Of a stretch of DNA of 52,703 nt, positions 36,376 to 47,900 are shown one piece after another. The DNA comes from a virus (Duplodnaviria > Caudoviricetes). A program made the position numbers and the translations under genes. Under the pieces are notes generated by a model. That model saw nothing but the letters and a program-made list of their open reading frames with translations. It was not told the origin of the DNA and ran no database searches. How positions within the stretch are numbered: the stretch's first letter is position 1; each line of letters opens with the position of its first letter. The stretch spans positions 1-52,703 of IMG/VR virus record IMGVR_UViG_3300031857_000265. The stretch is one strand, 5' to 3'.

Positions 36376-36723
36376 ATGGAACTCCTTTCCCTACCCTTCA
36401 GGATCGGCGCAGACGGCAGGGCCGACAGGATCTGGCAAGGCTCGGACGCCCACGCCCAGCAACAGGCCGTCCAGTTCGTGTCGACGAGGGTCGGGGAGCT
36501 CGCCATGTCGCCCCTGTACGGGTTGCAGGACCCCGCGTTCAGGCGAACCGACGCCGCCGAAGTGGTCGTTGGAATGGCGACATTCCACCCCGGGGTCCAG
36601 CTGAACTCCGTGTACGTCTACGGCGACGAGTCGGGCATGGGCGAGGTCGTGGTCGAGGTCGCCCCGGTGACGGGAACGAGCACCGCAACCGTGGCCGAAC
36701 GGAGCGTGGTCTTCAATGCCTAG
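36376..36723 (+). CDS. gp25-like baseplate wedge protein
   Basis: LSLPFRIG...TRVGELAMSPLYGLQDP. Confidence 0.75.
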   Translation: MELLSLPFRIGADGRADRIWQGSDAHAQQQAVQFVSTRVGELAMSPLYGLQDPAFRRTDAAEVVVGMATFHPGVQLNSVYVYGDESGMGEVVVEVAPVTGTSTATVAERSVVFNA

Positions 36724-38407
36724 TCCCGACGTCAGGAACTTCGTCGACCTGACCCTCTACGACCTGGACAGCCAGTCCATCTACCTCAGGGCCCTCGACT
36801 ACATGAAGGTCGTGTTCCCCGAGTTCGAGCCGACCGAGGGATCCCTCGAGTCGGTCATCCTGCAATCGGTGGCCATGGAGGTCGCCGACCTGGTGACCTC
36901 GATCAACAGGCTCCCCGGCGGTGTCGTGCAGGTCCTGTTGAGGTTGTTCGACGTCCAGAGGCAGGAGGGCGTACCACCGACGGCGGTCGTCCAGCTCAAG
37001 GGTGCGACGACGACCAGCTATGCGATCCCCGCCGGCACGAGGTTGTTCTACCAGTCAACCCTGAACTCCACGCCGCTCGTCCTCGTCACCGACACCGCGA
37101 CGACGCTCACCCACCCGAAGACCGTGAGCAGCGTCTCGGTCACCGACGACGTGGCCACCGTGACCACGTCCGACTACCACGGTTTCGCCGTGGGCCAGAC
37201 CGTAACGCTGGCCGGATTCACGGACACGGACTTCAACGACTCGTTCGAGATTGACTCCGTAGGGGACAAGACGTTCACGTTCGCCATCGTCAAGGCGAAC
37301 ACCAGCGAGACTCCGACCAGCGCCACCGCAACACCGCCGCTCTCCCACCCGGCGACGGCGTTCGTCCAGGCCACGGGCACGTTCATCACCGACGGGTTCA
37401 ACGGGATCCCCTCGGGGACAGCCCTCGACCTGCTGTCCGTGGTCCCGCAGATCGCCTCCGCATACCTTGCCTCAGTCGTGTCGGGCGGCCTCAACACGGA
37501 GGATGACGACACATACTTCCAGAGGGCCAGCGCAAACCTCGCCAGGGTCAACGACTCGCTGGTTACCGCCGACAACTTCACCCAATGGGTGGTGACATCG
37601 GGCGACTTCGCGGATGTGTACAGGGCGACAGCGGTTGACGCCGCCGACGCCGAGAGGCAGGAGAGTGCGGGGTCGGTTCTCCTCGTCGTGGCCCCGATTG
37701 ACGCGTCGTCCACGAACCTGATCTCGGGCGACGGAACGGGGATCTCGCAGTCCAGCCCCTCGTGGGGCGTGAAGGACGAGATCAGGCTCGCCGCGTCCCA
37801 GAGGTCGCACCCGCTGTTGGACATCAACGTCTCGGACCCGATGCTCGCCACCGTCTCGTGTGCCGTGAGCCTCTCACCGTTCGGCTCGACCACGGGTACG
37901 GCGGTTTCGGCCCTTGCGACATCGGTCATTGAGGGCATCGTCAACCCCAACACCTGGGATTGGTCGACGACGCTCCGCAAGAACGACATCATCGCGGCGG
38001 TATCCGCCACGACCGACGAGAACGGCGGCAGGGCCGTTGCGTACGTTACGTCGGTGGAGATCTCGCTGGACGACGTCGTCGTCCCCGCCAGCGGCGCGAA
38101 GAACAAGCCGTCGGCGACATTCTCCCTCGCCAGCACCACGTGGACATGCACGGTCTCCGCCGGCCATGACATGGACTCGTCCGACACCAACTACTTCGCC
38201 GTCTACCACTCGTCAACCGGCTGGTGGCTAAAGGAGGTGACCGTCACCTCGTCGACACAGTTCACCTTCTCCAACACTGGGATCGGGTCGACCACACCGA
38301 CGGACTGGGCCATCGTCGGCTACGTGGATTCTGCGACGGGCGACCTAATCCTCGACGACCAAGCACCGCTGGTCGTGTCGGGGTCACACGTGATCACGGT
38401 GGTCTAG
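36716..38407 (+). CDS. Baseplate J-like wedge protein
   Basis: PTEGSLESVILQ, IPAGT, GGLNTEDDDTYFQR, LVTADNF. Confidence 0.85.
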   Translation: MPSPDVRNFVDLTLYDLDSQSIYLRALDYMKVVFPEFEPTEGSLESVILQSVAMEVADLVTSINRLPGGVVQVLLRLFDVQRQEGVPPTAVVQLKGATTTSYAIPAGTRLFYQSTLNSTPLVLVTDTATTLTHPKTVSSVSVTDDVATVTTSDYHGFAVGQTVTLAGFTDTDFNDSFEIDSVGDKTFTFAIVKANTSETPTSATATPPLSHPATAFVQATGTFITDGFNGIPSGTALDLLSVVPQIASAYLASVVSGGLNTEDDDTYFQRASANLARVNDSLVTADNFTQWVVTSGDFADVYRATAVDAADAERQESAGSVLLVVAPIDASSTNLISGDGTGISQSSPSWGVKDEIRLAASQRSHPLLDINVSDPMLATVSCAVSLSPFGSTTGTAVSALATSVIEGIVNPNTWDWSTTLRKNDIIAAVSATTDENGGRAVAYVTSVEISLDDVVVPASGAKNKPSATFSLASTTWTCTVSAGHDMDSSDTNYFAVYHSSTGWWLKEVTVTSSTQFTFSNTGIGSTTPTDWAIVGYVDSATGDLILDDQAPLVVSGSHVITVV

Positions 38408-40036
38408 ATGTCCCACAGAAACCTGCTGACCACCGAAGAACAGGAAATAACCTACGTCCCCGGCCTGTGGGAGGTGTCCGGGACGAACACGATCTCGCGC
38501 TCGAGCGCACGATGGCGAGTCGCACCCGCGTCGTTGCTCCTGGCCAACACTTCGTCCTCGTCCGCAACCTGCAGGCTTGTCAGGAGTATCGACGTCGAGC
38601 CAGACAAGCAGTACAGACTCTTCGCTTTCGGCTACTCGGAAACCCCCGGCACGACCTTCGGCGTCAGGGCGAAGACGTATCTGGCGGCCTCGGCAACGCC
38701 GGAGGCCACGTACGAGTCCTCCACGGAGGCGTCCTACCAGAGGTGGACGCTCTCCTCGAGGGTTTTCACTACGGGGCAGGACACCGCTTCGGTGGATGTC
38801 GAGCTGTACGCCGAGGGTTCCCCGGTCTGGTTCGACCAAGTGGTCCTCATCGAATACCACGAGAAGCCGTACCACGCCTTCACGAACCTCGTCATGGGAC
38901 GCTTCCCTGAGTACATGATCGACTCCGACGAACAGACGTCCTACCACCTGTCAAGGTTCGTGGACCTGGGCGTCGAGCTCGGCGACGAGATACTCAGTGC
39001 CACGCTCGCCTTCGACTACATACCCGCCGTGGATGGCATCCCCGGGTACGACAGATGCACCCTCGTCGACCCCTCGTACTACCCCGACGAAACCGTGGCC
39101 AAGGCCGAGTGGCTCCCGTGGCTCGCCCAACTCGTCGGCGTCCAGGGTGTGAGGAGCGGGTCGAGTGGCCGCACCCCGTGGTTCTGGCTCGAGGAGGAGC
39201 GCGGCACGTGGTCGGAGATGGAGACAGAGATAGACCCGACCGCCAATCCCGTGTGGCCCGTGTCTTCGTTCACGAGGACCGCGGGGGTGGTGACGGCGAC
39301 GCTCGGGACACCGCAGACATCGGGACCCGCCTACTTCCCGGCGATCGGTGACGTCGTCGAGGTCACGAACGCAGAGGGCTTCTCCGGCTCGTACTCCGTC
39401 CTCACGTCCGACAGCGGCACGAAAGTTCTGACCTGGGCGCAGGATGCGTCCAACGGGACGTCGGCGGCGACGAGTTCGCTCAGGGTCTCCGACTCTTCGT
39501 GGGCGGAGATCGAGGCGGACAACCCCCTCGCCTTTGACACCGTCGCCGCACTCGCCCACCTCGTCCGCACGAGGGCCACCGGCCTCAGGGCGGGGACGGA
39601 CGCCGCGATTACCGCCGCCGTTAGGGCGGTCCTTGATGGTTATGAATCGCAGGGGACGGCACGGGTGTATGAGGGTGGCGGAATACTCGTCACCACCTCG
39701 GCGCCCCACCCGTTCGAGGCGGGGGACGAGGCTTGGATCTACGACTCAGCGGTGCCCGTGTTCAACACCGGGTGGGAACCTTCGCCGCAGACGGTCTCGT
39801 CGGTCATCGACGGGCAGTCGTTCGTCCTGTCGTCGGGCCTCGCCGACCTGGGATACGGCACGGCGGCATGCTGGGTGACCAACAAGAAGGTCGTTCTCGA
39901 GCGCGTTTCGCCGCTCTCGTGGGAGTTGACGGTGAAAACCGACGAGGCGCAGACGCAGGGTGTCGACCTCGTCGTGAGGGCGGCCAATCTGGCCAAACCC
40001 GCAGGCGTGGTCGTGTCTCACGGCTACAATACGTGA
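38408..40036 (+). CDS. Baseplate wedge / P2 gpI-like tail protein with N-terminal CBM-like domain
   Basis: EWLPWLAQLVGV, GTDAAITAAV, KPAGVVV; N-terminal beta-sandwich (VEPDKQY...VWFDQVVL). Confidence 0.7.
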   Translation: MSHRNLLTTEEQEITYVPGLWEVSGTNTISRSSARWRVAPASLLLANTSSSSATCRLVRSIDVEPDKQYRLFAFGYSETPGTTFGVRAKTYLAASATPEATYESSTEASYQRWTLSSRVFTTGQDTASVDVELYAEGSPVWFDQVVLIEYHEKPYHAFTNLVMGRFPEYMIDSDEQTSYHLSRFVDLGVELGDEILSATLAFDYIPAVDGIPGYDRCTLVDPSYYPDETVAKAEWLPWLAQLVGVQGVRSGSSGRTPWFWLEEERGTWSEMETEIDPTANPVWPVSSFTRTAGVVTATLGTPQTSGPAYFPAIGDVVEVTNAEGFSGSYSVLTSDSGTKVLTWAQDASNGTSAATSSLRVSDSSWAEIEADNPLAFDTVAALAHLVRTRATGLRAGTDAAITAAVRAVLDGYESQGTARVYEGGGILVTTSAPHPFEAGDEAWIYDSAVPVFNTGWEPSPQTVSSVIDGQSFVLSSGLADLGYGTAACWVTNKKVVLERVSPLSWELTVKTDEAQTQGVDLVVRAANLAKPAGVVVSHGYNT

Positions 40037-40054
40037 CGAATCGGAGGCAGGCAA

Positions 40055-41464
40055 ATGACGATCGGGGCGACAACTAGGTTCGGTTTGACCACGTGGTCGT
40101 CGGGAGACGACGCCTTCGGGCGGGCGCAGTTCCAGCAGGCGAACCTCTCGATCGACAACCTCGCCGCCATCTTCAGGTCGGGGACGACCGCGGCGACCCC
40201 GGACCCCACGGAGCCGTCCCACCAGAAGACCTTCTGGTACGACACGACGACATCCGTCCTCTACTACAACGACGGTTCGACATGGAGGCCGGTTGACGAC
40301 AAGGCCATCTCCGGCGACGCATACACGGTCGTGGCCGGGAGCGTCTCGTCCCCCCAGGGCTCCTCGGCGAGGATCGCCCGCGCCGACCACAAGCACGCCG
40401 TGTCAACGGCCGCGGCGTCGACCATCAGCGGCTCCAACTCCGAGGGAACATCGTCCTCGCTCGCAAGGGCCGACCACAACCACAACATCGCCGCTGGGAC
40501 GGTGAGCGCAACAATGCTCGCCGGCAACATCGGCAAGGCCCTGCTGGCGACCGACGTCGTGAAGGCGAACGGCGGGCTGTCCTTCGACACCACCAACGGG
40601 CTGTCCGTGAACACGGGGGCAACGATAGAGCTGTCGTCGAACGCCCTCATCGTCAAGGCGAACACCATCGACCAGACGCACCTGACGGCGAGCGTCGCCG
40701 GAAACGGACTTGCCGGCGGTAACGGCACAGCCCTGTCGGTAAACACCGACGGCACGACGCTCGAGATCAACTCCGACTCCCTCAGGGTGAAGGACTCCGG
40801 GGTGGGCAAGGCCAAGCTGAACTCCGACGTCGTCAAGGCCAACGGCGGCCTCGTCTTCGCCGCCCTCGACGGCCTGTCCGTCAACACCGACGGGACGACG
40901 GTGGAACTCTCGGCGGGCGGTGCGGTCAGGGTGAAGGACTCCGGCGTCGGCAAGGCGAAGCTCAACTCGGACGTCGTCAAGTCGCTCGGAGGCCTAACCT
41001 TCTCGAGCGGCGACGGGCTGTCGGTGAACACATCGGCAACGGTCGGCCTATCCTCCGGCAACCTCATCGTCAACACGGGCAGCATCGGGCCGACGCACCT
41101 CACCGCCGGAGTGGCCGGCAACGGCATCACCGGCGGCGCCGGGACCGCCCTCGCCGTCGTCCCCGACCCCAACGGCGTGGCCACGGGGGTGGCCAGCATC
41201 TCGGTCGGCGCCTCCGGCGTAAAGGTCAACGGCGGCATCGTGTTCACCTCGGCCGGCACCCCGAGCGCCTCTTACCCCGACGGGAACATGAGCGTGGACA
41301 CCACGAACCACCTCCTCTACTACCGCTCGGGGTCCGCGTGGAGGAACGCCCTATGGGCCGCTGGCACCGTCAACAGTGCGCCTTCGGCCAAGGGGGTGTG
41401 GGTCTCCAACGGGACGGCCCCCACGACGCAGGGTTCGGTCGGCGACATCTGGATCACCTACTAA
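40055..41464 (+). CDS. Tail fibre-like protein with internal repeats
   Basis: TTRFGLTTW start, ARADHxH repeats, repeated GLSVNTDGTT.E....RVKDSGVGKAKLNSDVVK, C-terminal GDIWITY. Confidence 0.7.
   Translation: MTIGATTRFGLTTWSSGDDAFGRAQFQQANLSIDNLAAIFRSGTTAATPDPTEPSHQKTFWYDTTTSVLYYNDGSTWRPVDDKAISGDAYTVVAGSVSSPQGSSARIARADHKHAVSTAAASTISGSNSEGTSSSLARADHNHNIAAGTVSATMLAGNIGKALLATDVVKANGGLSFDTTNGLSVNTGATIELSSNALIVKANTIDQTHLTASVAGNGLAGGNGTALSVNTDGTTLEINSDSLRVKDSGVGKAKLNSDVVKANGGLVFAALDGLSVNTDGTTVELSAGGAVRVKDSGVGKAKLNSDVVKSLGGLTFSSGDGLSVNTSATVGLSSGNLIVNTGSIGPTHLTAGVAGNGITGGAGTALAVVPDPNGVATGVASISVGASGVKVNGGIVFTSAGTPSASYPDGNMSVDTTNHLLYYRSGSAWRNALWAAGTVNSAPSAKGVWVSNGTAPTTQGSVGDIWITY
40730..41030 (+). repeat. 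Tandem ~144-nt (48-aa) imperfect repeats in fibre gene
   Basis: TCAGGGTGAAGGACTCCGG...GACGTCGTCAAG at ~40782 and ~40926. Confidence 0.8.
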
Positions 41465-41473
41465 GGTCCGCCA

Positions 41474-43267
41474 ATGGCCGTCTATGTGAAGACCGCGGGC
41501 GGGTGGACCGAGGTCACCAACACCGCCCCCAACATCAGGGTCAAGACGGGTGCGTCCACATGGACGGAGGCATCCATCGTCTATGTGAAGAACGCATCCG
41601 GGTGGCAGGTCGTATGGGACAACGCCGCGACCCCTCCCCTCTATTCCTCGTCGTCAACCGCCGCCGCCGGCGCAGGCTCGCCGGACAAGTCGAGCTACAC
41701 GCTGAACTGGACGCAGCCGACCGTGTACAGCTTCAACAGGTACGAGTTCACCAGCGACGGTGGCACGACGTGGGGAAGCCCCAGCACCAACGCCGCGCTC
41801 AGGGCCTACACGTGGACGAACCTCGACTCGTCCACCTCCTACACGTTCGGCGTCAGGGTCGTCACCAACAGCGGGCGCACGGGCGAGCTCCTCAGGACGG
41901 ACACGACGGCGAACGGCAACCCCCAGCCCGTCACGTCGCTGTCCTCCTCGGGCATCACCCCGACGCAGGCGGACATCTCGTGGACGGCGTCGACGTCCAC
42001 CGACCTGGCCGCGTCAAACAGGTACGAGATCTGGGCATCCGGGGCGACCTCGGCGACATTCTCCCAGAACGGCACGTCGAAGACGATCACGGGGCTGACG
42101 CAGAACACCTCCTACACCTACACGGTGTACGCCGTCGACTCGGGCGGGCTCAAGTCAAGCGGGGTCTCCGTCACGTTCACGACGACGAACGCGAACCCGC
42201 CCGCGCCCACCGTCTCGGGCCTCAGCAAGCAGGACGACGGCACGAGCAGGACGACGACGGCGGCCGTCCAGAAGGGGTTGACTTTCTCGGTCTCCTACAG
42301 CGGGGAGGCCGTCTCCGCCGTGGCGGAGCTCAGGAACTCGGCGAACACGCAGACGCTCCAGACGGTGACCCTGTACGGCACGGGCAACAGGCAGACCTCG
42401 ATCAACCAGAACGTCTCGTTCACCGGCCTCTCCGAGAGCACCTCCTACATCTGCAGGGTCGTGGTGACGGACGCCAACTCCGGCAGCACCACGACCGATT
42501 CGGCCGCCTACACGACGAACGCGGCCTACGAGTACGAGAGGACGGCATCCGACAACTGGACCGTCGCCGACGTCCCCCTGACGCAGGACCGCGGCCCGAG
42601 CGCCCTCGCCATGAGGGCATCATCAAGCGTTTCGGGGCGCAGCGCCAACTCGGTGTTCTCCCCCAACGGCGGCTGGGTGTCGGGGTCCAACACGGCCTCC
42701 GAGTCCGGGACCTCCTACGAGTACATCGCGTGGCCGTTCGACTGGTCGTGGTCGGGCGTGGACAGGTACATCACCTACTACACGAGGCCGGCGGGCGGGA
42801 GCCTGGTGACGAACACGGTTCAGAACAGGTTCATCTGCGGCTTCCGCTACAGCATCTGGGTGAACGCGTCCATCAAGGACATCAAGATGTACGTCTCCCT
42901 GGGCAGGGGCTACACGACGAGCGTCAACGCCACCGATTGGAGCAACAACGGGGCGGTCCTCGGGACGATCCCGTACGGGGGCGGCAACGGGTACAACACC
43001 GCCTACACCTACTACGCCCAGAACAACTCGACGGGCGACGGCGGGGGCGACCCGAACGAGATCGACCACCTCCCGTCCGCGTACTTCTTCCCCACCCAGG
43101 CGTACGAGTGGGAGGGGTCCGGCCTCCTCATCAAGTTCACCGGCACGAGGCTGAGTACGCATACCGGGGGGTACTCGTACTCCACCGGGTTCAGGCAGAC
43201 CTGCACGGGCATGGCGGTCAAGATGCTCTACAGGAGTTCCGTGACGGAGACGCCCTACTACCGCTGA
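41474..43267 (+). CDS. Fibronectin type III repeat virion protein
   Basis: LNWTQP..NLDSSTSYTFGVRV; ISWTAS..GLTQNTSYTYTVYAVD; GLSESTSYICRV. Confidence 0.8.
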   Translation: MAVYVKTAGGWTEVTNTAPNIRVKTGASTWTEASIVYVKNASGWQVVWDNAATPPLYSSSSTAAAGAGSPDKSSYTLNWTQPTVYSFNRYEFTSDGGTTWGSPSTNAALRAYTWTNLDSSTSYTFGVRVVTNSGRTGELLRTDTTANGNPQPVTSLSSSGITPTQADISWTASTSTDLAASNRYEIWASGATSATFSQNGTSKTITGLTQNTSYTYTVYAVDSGGLKSSGVSVTFTTTNANPPAPTVSGLSKQDDGTSRTTTAAVQKGLTFSVSYSGEAVSAVAELRNSANTQTLQTVTLYGTGNRQTSINQNVSFTGLSESTSYICRVVVTDANSGSTTTDSAAYTTNAAYEYERTASDNWTVADVPLTQDRGPSALAMRASSSVSGRSANSVFSPNGGWVSGSNTASESGTSYEYIAWPFDWSWSGVDRYITYYTRPAGGSLVTNTVQNRFICGFRYSIWVNASIKDIKMYVSLGRGYTTSVNATDWSNNGAVLGTIPYGGGNGYNTAYTYYAQNNSTGDGGGDPNEIDHLPSAYFFPTQAYEWEGSGLLIKFTGTRLSTHTGGYSYSTGFRQTCTGMAVKMLYRSSVTETPYYR

Positions 43268-43310
43268 CGTCTAGGGTTTCCCGGCAGGGGTGGCGTGTAG
43301 TGTCTCCTCG

Positions 43311-43694
43311 ATGTCCCCGGAAGCAGCCTCAGGAGTAACAGCCGTAGTCGTGGCCCTGATCTCGGGGCTTTTCGTCTGGCACACCCAGAAGGACGGCAAC
43401 AAAGTGTCGAAGATCAACGCCGTCATGGACGCATACGACTCAATCGTCAAGAACCTGCAGGCCGAGGTCGACAGGATGAAGCACGACATGGACGACATGA
43501 GGTCGGCCATGGAGGAGTGCGAGAGGCGCAACCAAGCCCTCGGAGCAGAGATCGCTAGCCTCAAGCAACAGGTCGAGAGCCTCGGCGGAAAGCCCGCCTC
43601 GGAGTCGGTCGCCGCGAAGAAGCCGGCCCGCAAGGCCCCGGCGGCCAAGAAGACCCCCGCAACGAGGACTGCCAGGAAGACGAAGGGGGCCTGA
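43311..43694 (+). CDS. Membrane-anchored coiled-coil protein (holin/lysis-associated candidate)
   Basis: N-terminal TM (GVTAVVVALISGLFVW), coiled coil, Lys/Ala-rich tail. Confidence 0.6.
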   Translation: MSPEAASGVTAVVVALISGLFVWHTQKDGNKVSKINAVMDAYDSIVKNLQAEVDRMKHDMDDMRSAMEECERRNQALGAEIASLKQQVESLGGKPASESVAAKKPARKAPAAKKTPATRTARKTKGA

Positions 43695-43695
43695 C

Positions 43696-43911
43696 GTGGT
43701 CGGTGACGGCGACGACGAGGCCGTCATCCGGGAAGCCATGTCGGCACTATCCCCGGAGGGCGGGGTCGTCACCCACTGGGTGATGGTCATGGAGGTCTTC
43801 ACCGACGAGGACAGGGATCTCCACGTCGCAACCTCGCAGGGGATGACGCCGTGGATGATGATGGGGATGCTCGAGGCCGCCAAGGAGATGACGCTGCCGG
43901 AAGAGGAATGA
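43696..43911 (+). CDS. Small hypothetical protein
   Basis: 71 aa; VVTHWVMVME...MTPWMMMGML. Confidence 0.65.
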   Translation: MVGDGDDEAVIREAMSALSPEGGVVTHWVMVMEVFTDEDRDLHVATSQGMTPWMMMGMLEAAKEMTLPEEE

Positions 43912-43973
43912 CCTGCTACCGTACCCGTGTTGCGCAACGCCTATGATTGCCATGTCAATCGGGAGGTAATCTG

Positions 43974-44339
43974 GTGATCGCCGGCATCTACAACATCACC
44001 TGCGACCAGGGGAGCACGTTCGAGCGCGTGTTCAGGGTTACCTATCAGGACGACATCGACCCCAACCTGTACCACCCCTACGACTTCTCGGGGTACACGG
44101 CGAGGATGCACATCCGCCGGGACGTTTCCGCCACCTCGACGCTCGCCATCCTCACGACCGAGAACGGCTCGATCTCCATCGACGGCCCCGAGGGGGTCGT
44201 CACCATCTCCATGACCGCCTCCCAGACGGCGGCGATCGAGCGTTCGGGCGTCTACGACATCGAGCTGATCGCCCCCAACCTCAGCGTCCAGAAGATCGTC
44301 CGCGGGGACTTCAACCTCAACCTGGAGGTGACGAGGTGA
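43974..44339 (+). CDS. Ig-like virion protein (BppU/LtfC-like)
   Basis: YNITCDQGSTF, DFSGYTARMHIR, GVYDIEL; SD GGGAGGT before GTG 43974. Confidence 0.75.
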   Translation: MIAGIYNITCDQGSTFERVFRVTYQDDIDPNLYHPYDFSGYTARMHIRRDVSATSTLAILTTENGSISIDGPEGVVTISMTASQTAAIERSGVYDIELIAPNLSVQKIVRGDFNLNLEVTR

Positions 44340-44944
44340 GCGAGACGAGGATCGTCGTCGGGCAGGAGGTAAGCAACGTCTACATCTCCGCCGACACGAC
44401 CAACCTCGTCGAGGTCACCGATTCCTCGCAGAACCTCGTCGTCGTTTCCCAAGAGTTGCAGAACGTCATCAACGTCGTCACCCGGGGGATGCAGGGTCCG
44501 GCGGGCACGCAGATCATCGACGGGGAGGGTGCGCCGTCCAACTCGATCGGCAGGATCGGCGACTACTTCTTCGACAGACCGAACGGGAGGCTGTACGGCC
44601 CCAAGACGGCCCTCGGGTGGGGCAACACCTACATCCAACTGGCCGCGTACCTGGCCCTCAACGACCTCACGGACGTGCAGTCGGCCGGGGCGGCCGACCA
44701 GGACGTCCTCATGTACAGGGACGCGACCGACACGTGGGTCAACCAGCGGATAAGGTACAGGCACGAACAGCCCGTCCCGTCCGACGAGTGGACGGTGAAC
44801 CACGGTCTCAACACCAAGCCCGCCGCCGTGTCGGTGTTCGACACCTCCCAGGAGATGGTGTTCGGCGAGGTTGACCACGTGAACGAATCGCAGCTCATCC
44901 TCAGGTTCAGCGCGGCCTTCGCGGGGGTGGCGTACCTGACATGA
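44336..44944 (+). CDS. Virion structural protein (fibre-associated)
   Basis: [39 protein letters not shown]. Confidence 0.7.
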   Translation: MSETRIVVGQEVSNVYISADTTNLVEVTDSSQNLVVVSQELQNVINVVTRGMQGPAGTQIIDGEGAPSNSIGRIGDYFFDRPNGRLYGPKTALGWGNTYIQLAAYLALNDLTDVQSAGAADQDVLMYRDATDTWVNQRIRYRHEQPVPSDEWTVNHGLNTKPAAVSVFDTSQEMVFGEVDHVNESQLILRFSAAFAGVAYLT

Positions 44945-47900
44945 GCGTCAAGCACCTATCCCTCATCAACGCCTCAGGGCTGTCCGTCCACGGCGTCGAG
45001 ATCGACCCGTACGGCGCGACGACGGGGCAGATCCTCAGGTACAACGGGACGAAGTTCGTCCCGGCGCAGAGCATCGACGGGGTCGTCATCACGTCGGCGC
45101 ACGACGGGCAGATCCTCATCTACAACGGCACGAACTGGGTCAACGGCTCCTACCCGACGAACGAGCCGACCGGCCACGAGGACGCCACCCAGAGCACGCT
45201 CGACTTCGACACGGGCACGCGCATCTTCACCATCGCCCCAGCGTCGACCTCTCACGCCGTGTGGTGCAACGGCAAGCGGTACGTAAAGACGACGGCCGAG
45301 ACCGTCACCCTCCCGAACCAGTCGGATCTCTACTTCGTCTACTACAACTCGTCGGGATCGCTCGCCTACTCGACGACGTTCTTCGACCTCCAGACGCAGG
45401 CCCCGGTCGCCTACATCTACTGGAACTCCACGGACGGGGCCGACCACTTCTTCGCCGACGAGCGCCACGGCATCACCATGGACTGGGCGACGCACGAGTA
45501 CCTCCACAGGACCAGGGGGGCGGCGATCGCCGGCGGCTTCGGGGTCAACAACTACACGACCACGGGCAACGGCTCGCTGGACGCCCACGCCAAGATCGAC
45601 ATCGCTAACGGCGTCTTCTTCGACGAGGACAAGAAGATCGAGATCACCCACTCGGCCTCGCCGGTGTACCACTCGTTCCAGCAGGTGCTCCAAGGCGGGG
45701 CGGAGATACCGATCTTCTACCGCACCAACAGCCACTACAGGAGGGACGCCGCCACCAAGTTCCCGATGAAGCAGGGCACGGCGAGGGTCACCTACAACAA
45801 CTACAGCGGCGGGTTGTGGTCCACCCCAGACATCGACAACAACAAGTTCGGCGTCACCTTCGTCGTCGCCACGAACGACGTCCACGCCCCCGTGATCGGC
45901 ATGCTCGGCCAGGCCCAGTACACCGACCAGGGGTCGGCGGAGGCGGCGAGGTGGGAGGACATGGTCCTCGACGACTTCCCGGTCTACGAGTTCCGCCCCC
46001 TCTACAAGATCGTCTACCAGACGGCCAACGCCTACGCGAACACGCCCCACGCCAGGATCACCGCGGTCGTCGACATGCGTGTCGCCCTCACGCCCGGCGG
46101 CTCCGTCCCGGCGACCCCGGTGACAGACCACGGCTCCATGACCGGCCTGTCCGACGACGACCACACGCAGTACCTCACCGATGCGAGGCACGACGCCCTA
46201 GATCACAGCACCGCGCTCGGGTCCGCCGTCCTCGACGACCTCGGCGACGTGTCCGTCCCGTCCCCGTCGTCCATGGACGTCCTCCAGTGGAACGGCACGG
46301 CGTGGGTCGGTTCGCAGGTCGTCGGGCCACAAGGTGCACAGGGCACCCAGGGACCCCAGGGGCCACAGGGCGACACCGGCGCACAGGGCGCACAGGGAGC
46401 TGTGGGCGCACAGGGAACGACCGGACCGCAGGGCGCGCAAGGCGGGGCTGGACCCCAGGGCGCACAGGGTCCGGAGGGCTCGGCCGGCACTCAGGGACCG
46501 CAGGGCTCGCAGGGCGCGACGGGCAGCGAAGGCGCACAGGGCCCGACCGGACCACAGGGACCACAGGGGGACGTGGGGCCACAGGGGGTTCAGGGAGCGC
46601 AGGGTCCCACGGGTCCCCAAGGGTCGGTCGGACCCCAGGGGTCCCAAGGCGCCACCGGGCCACAGGGCGAACAGGGTGCGCAAGGTGTTCCCGGACCGCA
46701 GGGAGAACCTGGCCCCCAAGGAGCACAAGGCGCGACCGGCAGCACCGGCCCGCAGGGACCCCAGGGTTCGGAGGGTCCACAAGGACCGCAGGGCGACATC
46801 GGCGTGCAGGGTCCGCAGGGACCGCAGGGCGATACCGGCGCACAGGGTCCGCAGGGTGCGCAGGGCGCACAAGGGGCGACCGGGCCACAGGGGGTCGAGG
46901 GACCGCAGGGCGCCGAGGGCGCACAAGGACCGTCGGGTCCGCAGGGCGGTGCTGGCCCACAGGGGCCGCAGGGCGACGTCGGGCCCCAGGGACCGCATGG
47001 CTCGACTGGCGCACAGGGGGCGACGGGATCGCAGGGTGCCGAGGGACCGCAGGGTGCGGTGGGGCCACAGGGCGCCACGGGTCCCCAGGGTCCGCAAGGC
47101 TCGACCGGCCCGCAGGGTTCGGTCGGACCACAGGGCGAGGTCGGCCCGCAGGGCGCGACCGGACCGCAGGGGTCGGTCGGACCACAGGGTGACACGGGAC
47201 CGCAGGGGTCAACCGGACCGCAGGGTGCGACGGGAGCGCAGGGACCGCAGGGGGCCGCCGGCCAGTCCTCGAGCTTCTACAAGTACAAGGTGACGACGGG
47301 CTCGACGAGCGGCAACCCCGGCACGTCGTACATCTCGTACAACAACTCCTCGCAGACGTCGGCAACACAACTGCAGGTGAACCACATCGACCTCGACGGT
47401 TACGACATCGACCTGTTCCTCGGCGTCATCTCCACCGGCGATGTCGTCTACATCCAGGACGCCGGCAACTCGAACAACTATCAGAAGTTCATCGCAACGG
47501 GGACTGTTACCGACCACGGGAACTCGTGGGTCGACATCCCTGTGTCGCACGACTCCTCGGGCGGTAGCGGCCTCTCTGGATTCGCCAACGACCTCGGCGT
47601 TCTCCTCGTCATCGCCAACATCGGCCCGCAGGGTCCGCAGGGAGCCGCCGGGTCAAACGGCGCACAGGGCGCTACGGGGGCGCAAGGGGCGACGGGTGCC
47701 CAGGGTCCCCAAGGGGCCACCGGCGACACCGGACCCCAAGGTGCGGTCGGCCCGCAGGGTGCGGTCGGCCCGCAGGGATCACAGGGCGGGGACGGAGCAC
47801 AGGGGTCGACCGGCCCACAGGGCGCGACGGGGCCACAAGGGGCGGAAGGCCCACAGGGCGCGACGGGGTCACAAGGGGCGGAAGGCCCACAGGGCGATAC

